Origin: Octopus vulgaris
Lineage: Eukaryota
Direction: 5' to 3'
Length of the DNA: 64,000 nt
Assembly (NCBI GenBank): GCA_951406725.2
Contig: OX597817.1
Location: forward strand, 63,488,001 to 63,552,000
The translations under genes and the position numbers were made by a program. The first letter of the stretch is position 1. Each line of letters starts with the position of its first letter. Under the pieces are notes generated by a model, which was not told where the DNA came from, did no database searches, and was given only the letters and a program-made list of their open reading frames with translations. Of the stretch, positions 55,664 through 64,000 are shown piece by piece.

Positions 55664-56892
55664 TTGGGTTGGCAACTAAGTTCCCGCCGTTTTTTTTAAA
55701 TTAAAATTTTTTAAAAAGGTTTAATAAAAAAAATAACAACTAATTAATCAATAAAATATTCACCCTTGTTGTTTACAATTTTTTTCCAACATTCAACAAG
55801 ATTTTCAATACATCGTTGGTAGAAATCACCTGATTTCGACTCGAAATATTGATCCAACCAAGCTCTCAATTCTGCATCAGTATTGAACGAAACTATGTGC
55901 ATAGGATTTGAAAGAGATCGAAAGAGGTGGAAATCTGTTGGTGCCAAATCAGGAGAGTACGGAGGGTATGGCAGCACTTCCCAGCCATGCGTTTGAATGG
56001 CTTCCTTGGTCATATTGGCAATATGAGGGCAGGCGTTGTCGTGCAGCAGAAGAACTGTATGCTGCCGATTAGGTCTTTCCTCTTGAAAGTCGTGTTGAGT
56101 TGTTCCATCTGTTGAACACAGAGTTCCGCGTTGACCATTTGGTTCCGTTCAAGCAATTCGTAATGGATAATCCCTCCCAGTCCCATCATACGCACAACAT
56201 CGTTTTACGCGAATAAAGATTTTGTTTCACGTGCAGTGTCGCTTGTTTACCGGGGCTAAGCCATTACTTATACTGATTCATATTGATGTACAAGCACCAC
56301 TTTTCGTCGCCAGTAACGATTCGTTGCTTGTGTCCATGAGTTGAGCGGAGATTGTGGCTTGTTGATTTTTGCTGCCACTTAAAGCATGCGGAACCCATGC
56401 TCCATACTTCTGAACCTTTCTCATCGAGTGAAAATGCTTCTCTATAGCAGTGTGGGAGCATTCCATTTTCTCTGCTAGTTCCCTTGTCGTTTGACGAGAA
56501 TTTTCGTGCAAAAGTTGGTTATATAGCACTTCATCGAATTCAACTGGACGGCCAGAACGAGGTGCGTCTTTGAGGTCAAAATTTCCATTTTTGAACTTGG
56601 CATACCAATACACAGCACAAATGTCGCGAGTAGCTTTTGCGGCCTTAGAACCTTGATTAAAAGCAAGAAGAATGAGGTGTCGAAAATGCTTGTTTTTCTT
56701 AACTTGAGGTTCTATTTGAATGATCTGAAAATAAACAAAAATTAACTAAAATTAACTAGAAAAAAACAAAAACAAAATCAAAATAGATTCCAAAATGAGT
56801 CAAAAATAGAATTCTCGAAAAAATAGATTCCAAAATTTAAAAACGCAATAAATTCCAAAGTTAAACAACACGGTGGTAACTTAGTTGCCAAC

Positions 56893-56896
<4 letters not shown>
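55664..56896 (-). mobile_element. Full-length decayed mariner (DD34D, mellifera/Famar1-like TIRs) with TA TSD
   Basis: TIRs TTGGGTTGGCAACTAAGTT at both ends, flanked by TA. Transposase pseudogene about 55744-56715 with WVPHAL, TGDEKW, HDNA and YSPDLAPTD; start codon mutated to ATA; frameshifts. Confidence 0.95.
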
Positions 56897-56964
<68 letters not shown>

Positions 56965-57060
56965 TGTGTGTGTGTGTATTTATGCATAGGCTGGTGATCT
57001 GACAGAATCGTTAGCACATCGGACAAAATGCATCTGGCCTTGTACAAAAATTTGAAACCA

Positions 57061-57112
<52 letters not shown>

Positions 57113-57149
57113 CTATTTATTATATATAATTGCTGCGTCTTCCAAATAT

Positions 57150-57363
57150 TGGTTTCAAATTTTGGCACGAGGCCAGCAATTTCTGGGGAGGGGCTAAGTC
57201 GATTAAATCGACCCCAGTTTTACTTATTTTATGGTACTGACGTTATCGATCCCGAAATGATGAAAGGCGAAGTCGTCTCCGGCGGCATTTGAACCCACAA
57301 TGTAAAGACGGACGAAATGCAGCTGAGCATTTTGCCCGGTGTACTAACGATTCTGCCAGCTCG
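57150..57363 (-). mobile_element. SINE family B
   Basis: Reverse complement of the family B consensus (GAGCTGGCAGAATCGTTAG..). Confidence 0.8.
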
Positions 57364-57446
57364 GTAGCTAAATATTAATCAGAAAATGTGTATATACTTG
57401 TTATGAGTTCTACATCCCTTGTTTTCATCACCAAATCCATATACAT

Positions 57447-57547
<101 letters not shown>

Positions 57548-58184
57548 TGACTATAGGTATCTGTAGATATATGAATACAGGAATGAGTGTATATATTTAT
57601 CACTGTATCTATGTATAGGCATATATGTATGAGTGTATGCATGACAGTATGAATGAATCTATCCTTGTATATATGCATGCATTTTTGTATGTATGTATGT
57701 TTGCATATGTGCTTTATTGTATGTTTGTATGCATGTTCGTATGTTTGCATATATGTGTGATGTTTGGTTGTGAGTGCCATATGTTTGACGTTTTGCAATT
57801 TGAAGTGTTTCATTTGTGAGCAGGTAGCAAAAGTTTCTTCTTTCATATTGAGTGAGTGCGTTTATGGGCAAGATCAATATATTTGACTTCTCTCTTACAC
57901 TGAACTTGAATGTGCTAACTATTATCCATTTTATTTGTTGGTTTCATTAATTATGTCTCAATTATGGGTGGATTGTCAAGTCCCAGGTTCCTTTAAAAAC
58001 CATGTTAACCCTGCGATAGAATGGCGTTCGGTTCTTGGGAAATGTTAACAAATGTTAACCTGATCATCAAGCCAGCAGGCTAGCAGCATCCGAAAGCTAC
58101 AATACGAGGAAACACATTGTGACAACGCTGCATAACAACATCCAATAGTCTTGTCGATGCATGCATGCATGCATACATACATAA

Positions 58185-58420
58185 CGTCGCCCTTTTCAAG
58201 CCGGTTTCTGTGGCGTATGTGTTCCCCCCAGCTGGATGGGACGCCAGTCCATCGCAGCGTTACTCAAGAAACAGGAAGAGAAAGTGAGAGAAAGTTGTGG
58301 CGAAAGAGTACAACAGGGGTTGCCGCCACTCCCTACCGGAGCCTCGTGGAGCTTTTAGGTGTTTTCGCTCAATAAAGACACAAAACGCCCAGTCTGGGAA
58401 GCGAAACCGCGATCTTCCGA
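58185..58420 (-). mobile_element. SINE with family C body and a different 3' part
   Basis: GTGAGAGAAAGTTGTGGCGAAAGAGTAC..GGAGCCTCGTGGAGCT is shared with 12810-12950; 58185-58265 differs. Confidence 0.7.
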
Positions 58421-59163
58421 ACGTTAGACAATTTAGTAGAATCTAATAAAACTTTAAAATTGGTTTCCAAGTTAAGATAAAGACCAGCATATATTTGCAA
58501 ACATTACCAGAATTTTAAAATATTTCAATTCAACAAAATAACAGCGAAAGAAATGCATATAAGAAATCTGTGCATGTAATATTTCGTTTCTTCAACAGAT
58601 TAAGCTAGAATAAATGTAATTTTAAATTTTTCTCTTTTATACGGTCTCGCAAATACAATTGAACCACAATGACTTCGAATATACTTATAGAGTTGTATCT
58701 CGTACCCCACCTATGAGATGTTTCCAGTTTGAATTTTCCTCTCAAAATTAATTTGGTGGTTGTTGCTAACATCCCCGCTAGGTCAGTCTTAATCAAGCAG
58801 AATTATGATTGATGTCATTTGAACCATGATCACCCTTCCTTTTTATTGAGAACTAGCACTTACCGGGTCATAGTGCTGGTGCATGCATATGCAGCTGCGT
58901 GCGTACGCACATACACGCGAGTACTGTCCAAATCTCCGACCAATCACATACAGCTAGCTGGCATTCAATTGGCGTATCAAGTTTCAGGCATTTTGATTGG
59001 GTTTTGGATAGAAAATTCACAAAAAAGTCACTTCTATTGATTTTTTAATGGCTTTGCAGGGTAACTGGGGAAATATAAATATGTGCACGACCACCCTTGG
59101 ACGGTTTTGAATGACCATAGAAAGTACGAGCCCTCTAACTGAAAAGTTGTGGATTTGTATAAA

Positions 59164-59205
<42 letters not shown>

Positions 59206-59385
59206 TTTGCCGTTTTTATATATAGAGATAGTCAATGTCGAAATAGACTATGCAACGTATTCTTTTCTTTTTTACAAAAACGAAATACTGCTATGTGAGT
59301 TTCAGGAGGTATGACAACTCTTTCGAGCCAAACGGAGACCTTAAAAAGGAGACACTCTGAAAAAAAGTAAATGCAAAAATGTTTT

Positions 59386-59495
59386 TTGGAAATGGTTTCT
59401 TGTCATAGAGATGAAGAGCCAATCAGGCGAGAGCTTGCAGTTGGAAATGGTTTCTTGTCATAGAGATGAAGAGCCAATCAGGCGAGAGCTTGCAG
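59386..59495. repeat. Perfect 55-bp tandem duplication
   Basis: TTGGAAATGGTTTCTTGTCATAGAGATGAAGAGCCAATCAGGCGAGAGCTTGCAG at 59386-59440 and 59441-59495. Confidence 0.95.
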
Positions 59496-60330
59496 TGATA
59501 CAAAAGATTCTAACAGAAGAACTGTAGGACTATAATCAAACGGCTGGGTTTAAACAGCTTCTAAACACTGAATAATGCTTGCGATGTAACTGCAATTTCT
59601 AATTGCAAGGAAGAATTGCGTTTATTATATTCGCAGGGGAAACATGAATTATGTTTTGAAAGTTGTTATCGCGGTAAAATTTCCCGTCATATTTCTACAC
59701 ATAATATATCTCAAGTTACATTATGCAATATATATTTCCCGCTTTTAAAACAATGGTAGAGTATGATTAAAAGGAGATGCAGTTACAGTTACGGCACGTC
59801 CACAACTAAGAAATGGATCCCTTGTCTTCTTGGAAAGTGAAAGTTGTAAGCCGTAACATTTTGCTGCTTAAAAATCATTAGTGTAGATGAAGAAGTTACA
59901 TTTGCAAATCCAACTCCGGCTAAAGAATCTATTTATAAACTAGGGTTAACATCTGTGCGTCGATTTCCTGCACTATACCTTCAATTCTGCTGCACATCTG
60001 AAAATTGCAGTTCTGTGTTTCAAAAATCATTATTGACAGCCAATATACAAAACAGAAACATCCCACTTATTGTTGAATGAGGTAATTTGAGAAGGAGATT
60101 TAAAATTAGTTGTAATGAAATTCATATACTAGAGCATAGCGTTATCATTAAAGCAACGTTTTTCGAGTATAATCTTATTTCAGCAACATGTACTGTGTAC
60201 ATGTATTTAAGGATTATTCTCATACACTTCTTCGGCTTCAGCTGTACGTTAGTTTCTGATATGAGATCATTTCAGTGCTTTAATATTCGCAAGAACTTAC
60301 AGGAATTTGCATTATCTTGGAAAGAAATCC
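59390..60330 (-). pseudogene. Decayed Fam20-like kinase paralog
   Basis: In-frame VQLKPKKCMR..YTVHVAEI (about 60247-60176; compare Fam20B VVFKPKR..RHNAEV), then RIEGIV (about 59985), LEAV*TQPFDY (about 59564-59532) and ALHLYD. Confidence 0.5.
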
Positions 60331-60863
60331 TATTAAGCTAAAAATTCTATTAAATTAACTAAATTGCTTAATGTACAAGCTCCTTTCAATAACAATTACT
60401 GCAGCAGACTTATACAAAACAGAGAGAAAGGGAGAGGGAGAGAGAGAGGGCGTAGAAAGGAGAAAAACAAAGCGGGAGACAGAGAAAAAGAAAGATGAGT
60501 TGCTTCGTTTTTCTATATCCTATCCTTTATGAGAATGGGCGCATTGATTGATTAAATATTTATATCAAATAAATCTGTTATTCTTCAATTAAAATTACCT
60601 AATTCAATTAGGGATAATCGAAAACAGAAGTACAAAATATTTTTCTGTTGAACATTATTACATTTTCAATATGGAACTCGGCCAAATCAAAGAAACATTC
60701 TAGTAATAAGATTTGACTTATTTGTTTTTATTGACACGTGTGAAGGAGACGAAAACATTGTTCATGGGTGGTGTGATACACTCGAGATCGTAAAAGTGTT
60801 GGGTATTACTATGTAATAATATAAAATGATAGTATTACGATTAGTATGTAAATTTACTTGTCT

Positions 60864-60920
<57 letters not shown>

Positions 60921-61286
60921 GAAAGAGAGAGGTTATTATAAGCAAAACACGTGAATGTCATTCAGAACGGTTTTAAAGACAGCCAAACAAATACTATACG
61001 GAGAATGAGCTATGGTTTTACCAATTCCAGTTTTGGCTTGAAACCTACGATCTCAAGCCATATTATTAAATTCTTCTCTGTCAGGTTATGTAATCAGTTT
61101 TCCTGTATCTGTCATATCGTATTTAATTCTTCATTCTTAAGTAAGTCCAACAGTCAAGAATATGTACCAGATCTTGCGGGAATAACATCAATAATACAGG
61201 GTTATTGAAAAAAATGAACTGATTTCATTACGCAATATTTCAATAAGGAAAAGCAATAGAAACTCCAGCTAAGTTACAAGTATTTA

Positions 61287-61654
61287 CTTGTAATCAACTT
61301 TTATTTCCTGTCTTACAAGTGTTCAATGTGGCTACCCCCTGCAGCGCGGGCAACATCAATGCGATAAGAGAATTCCTCCTAGACGCTCTTTGTGCTTGGC
61401 CTGCGAAATTTCCAGACCTCACCCTGTGTTACTTTTTTCTTGTGGAGATATGTAAAAGATCGCGTTTATGCTCCACCGCTACCCTCTAACCTCGATGACC
61501 TTAAACATCGAATAACAACAGCGATCAAGTCAGTGGATTGTGATACGCTGATTCGTGTCTGGGAGGAATTCTCTTATCGAATTGATGTTGTCCGCGCTGC
61601 AAGTGGTGGCCACATTAAACACTTGTAAGACAGAAAATAAAAGTTGATTGTAAG
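61287..61654 (+). mobile_element. Deleted Tc1/mariner-superfamily element with ~100-bp inverted repeats overlapping the transposase C-terminus
   Basis: FFLWRYVKDRVY..LKHRI..RVWEEFSYRIDVVRAASGGHIKHL; 61287-61387 is complementary to 61555-61654. Confidence 0.85.
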
Positions 61655-61989
61655 ATTTTCTGAAGAAAATATATTTTCAAACGTGTTGAGTCCACTAGCG
61701 GTAAGTTAGTACGAGAAAGATAACCATTTCTTCATAATATTTGACGGGATTAAAAGTTTGGATTTGAAATTAAGATATACGGAAGAAGAACCATAAAATA
61801 TACTTCTCAATTGTTTTTGCTTCCTTATCTGACGTTGTTAAAATTTCTAATCATTGTTAATCATGTAAGCATTAACTTCATCCATTTTAGAAATCGTCAG
61901 CATGACAATTTGAGGTGCATAAATTAAACATCCTATGAAACGAAGCATTTATCATAGATACAATCTGATTATCTGTATCGTTTATCTTT

Positions 61990-62330
61990 TACCTATTTTA
62001 GTCATTTGACTGCGTCCATGCTGGGGCACCGCCGCGAAGGGTTTTAGTCGAAAGAATCAATCCCAGGACATATTACTTTAACGCCTGGTACTTATTCCAT
62101 CGATCTCTTTGGTAAACTGTCAAGTTACCGAAACACTGGTCGTTATACGGTGGTGGACACACACACAAACACACATGCGATAATAGGCTTCTTTCAGTTT
62201 CCGTCTACCAAATCCACTTACAAGGCTTTGGTCGATCCGAAGCTATAGTAGAAGAGACCCATGCTGTGAGAATGAACCCAGAACTATCCGGTTGGGAAGC
62301 AAAATTTATATCACAGAGCCACTCTCGCTC
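61990..62330 (-). mobile_element. Diverged SINE family A
   Basis: GTCATTTGACTGCGTCCATGCTGG...CTTTCAGTTTCCGTCTACCAAATCCAC. Confidence 0.75.
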
Positions 62331-62544
62331 CAATATTCTGGAAGAAATTCATGGAAAATTTTTCTGATTTTTTCCCTTTGTCTTCATAGAGCATTATTAC
62401 TTTAGCAACCGAGAGACAAAAATATAAAAAGGGAAAGTTCTACGTGTCTGCATATAGTGTAGTTGTTTCCAAGGAGTTACCTTGTGAAGGTGTTCTTAGA
62501 GTAGCAAATATTTTAGTGTTAATTACAAACATAATTTACAAGCC

Positions 62545-63797
62545 CTTTACGATACCTCTTTCAGGTGTAGGTATTGGCTACAGGTCAGACTAGTGCTGCT
62601 ACCAAAATGACAACAGATGGTACAACCTGCGGCTGTTTCTGCTACCTTGTAGACATATACCGGAGTATGAAAGGCTAAGGGAGTAAAACCAAACAGAAAA
62701 TCCGGAGAGAAGGCCTCTAAGGCAGTTGATGGGGAGAAATGATCCAAACTATCTTCTGACAGCCCCTGCAACTTTGCTGGTTCCGAATGTATTGACCTTG
62801 CTTCTCCCTTGGACTAAATCAGTGAAGTCGAGAGGTGGGGTCGTGCAAATTGGGTAAGGCACGTACTCCATATATTCCGCGCCCAGACATTTAGCTTAGC
62901 CAAGGACTTAGAATTTCTGAGAGGACGATTCAAAAAAAAAAAAAGAAAAAGAAGAGAGCATATGGAGAGGACACATCATCCTTGCTGTAACAGGGCAAGG
63001 GAAACAACACGGGAGTGTCAGATTGCGGGTTATAAGACATCCTTATTTGGTGAAGCGGGATGTCGCCACGAGTCATCTTCGATGATGGGAGTGATTGTTC
63101 AATCGCACTGATCAGCTACCGCCCGCCTTAAACTGGGCAGTCCCCAGTCAGGAAGGTGATGATCCAGCACGTCTCTCCGCTGGACAAAAGCCAAAAAGCA
63201 GACGTAAACCCAGCATCTGGCAAAAAAGGAAGAAAATTGAAATTGACCCCATTGAAACTGGGGACCTGGAATGTCAGAACAATGACAACCGGAAATGACA
63301 TTACCGACCTGGACAAAACAGAGGACATCAGGAAAACGGCAATCATTGACACGGCTGAATGTAGACATCACTGCCCTGCAAAAGACATGACTTGCTGACT
63401 CTGGTTCCATTAGGGAAAGAATCCATAGTGTGGGGTTCGCAGTGCACAACAGATTGCTGAACAAGATCAGTACTCCTCGAGACATATCTGAACGCATCAC
63501 TATCATGGAAGTGGGGACTAAAACTGAAAGGGCCCATCTCATTAGTGCCTAGCCCCGATTCTAACAGCAGAAAATGAGAAGAAAGATCAGTTCTACGAGG
63601 AACTTCAGGATGTGATCAACAGTGTCCCAAAGGCAGACCAACTCTTTCTTGTGAGCGATTTCAATGCGAGAGTAGGCACTGATCACCAAGCATGGTCCAG
63701 CTGCCTTGAACAGTTTAGACTGCGGAAAATCAATGAGAATCGCCAGAGACTCTTAGAATTCTGCATAAATAAAAACCTGTGCATTGCAAACACCTTC
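62545..63797 (+). mobile_element. RTE-clade LINE 5' part: probable 5' UTR and decayed AP endonuclease
   Basis: LKLGTWNVRTM (about 63252), NVDITALQ, VGFAVHNRL, KDQFYEEL, SDFNARVG, NENRQRLLEFC..LCIANTF. The 5' boundary is approximate. Confidence 0.85.
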
Positions 63798-63812
63798 TAT
63801 ATATATATATAT

Positions 63813-64000
63813 ACGGAAGCACTCCGTCGGTTACGACGACGAGGGTTCCGGTTGATCCGAATCAACGGAACAGCCTGCTCGTGAAATTAACGTGTAAGTG
63901 GCTGAGCACTCCACAGATACGTTTACCCTTAATGCAGTTCTCAGGGATATTCAGCGTGACACAGAGAGTGACAAGGCCGGCCCCTTGAAATACAGGTACA
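63813..64000 (-). mobile_element. SINE-like interspersed repeat running off the window
   Basis: GC-richer block CGGAAGCACTCCGTCGGTTACGACGACGAGGG..GTGGCTGAGCACTCCACAG abutting (TA)n; recognised as a common cephalopod-type repeat from memory only. Confidence 0.5.

Noticed and set aside
59411-59436. ATGAAGA-GCC-AATCA-GGC-GAGA in the 55-bp tandem as a dimeric hammerhead
   Set aside because: Two core mismatches and no convincing stem I. The opposite strand fits the kinase-like pseudogene (ALHLYD).
60180-60340. cGAS/Mab-21-like reading (NRISF..KCMRIILKY)
   Set aside because: No hG[GS]..DxD motif; KPKK..HVAEI..IEG fits the Fam20-like family seen in neighbouring copies better.

Overview
AT-rich, microsatellite-saturated animal genomic DNA. 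The SINE families and repeat spectrum suggest an octopus-like cephalopod; this is an inference. There is no intact protein-coding gene, and most ORF-track entries are translated microsatellites. Recognisable elements: (i) mariner/Tc1 relics, including a full-length decayed DD34D mariner at 55664-56896; (ii) non-LTR retrotransposon fragments (CR1/L2-type, RTE, and two RLE/Dong-R4-like families sitting in (TAA)n and (CATA)n); (iii) at least three tRNA-derived SINE families, one of which shares a covarying 3' stem-loop with the CR1/L2-type LINE; (iv) an internally deleted Helitron (46064-47847) whose exact A|T insertion site is shown by the palindrome it interrupts; (v) many foldback or Penelope-like terminal fragments carrying minimal hammerhead-ribozyme-like motifs, with covariation in stem I and a non-canonical core. 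The most unexpected signal lies in the AT-rich 'unique' DNA between the repeats. It holds a cluster of roughly 8 or more diverged, frameshifted segments, some directly alignable to each other, whose translations show Fam20/four-jointed-type secretory-kinase motifs in the expected order. This looks like a decayed multigene array. The family call is by-eye inference and needs profile-HMM confirmation.
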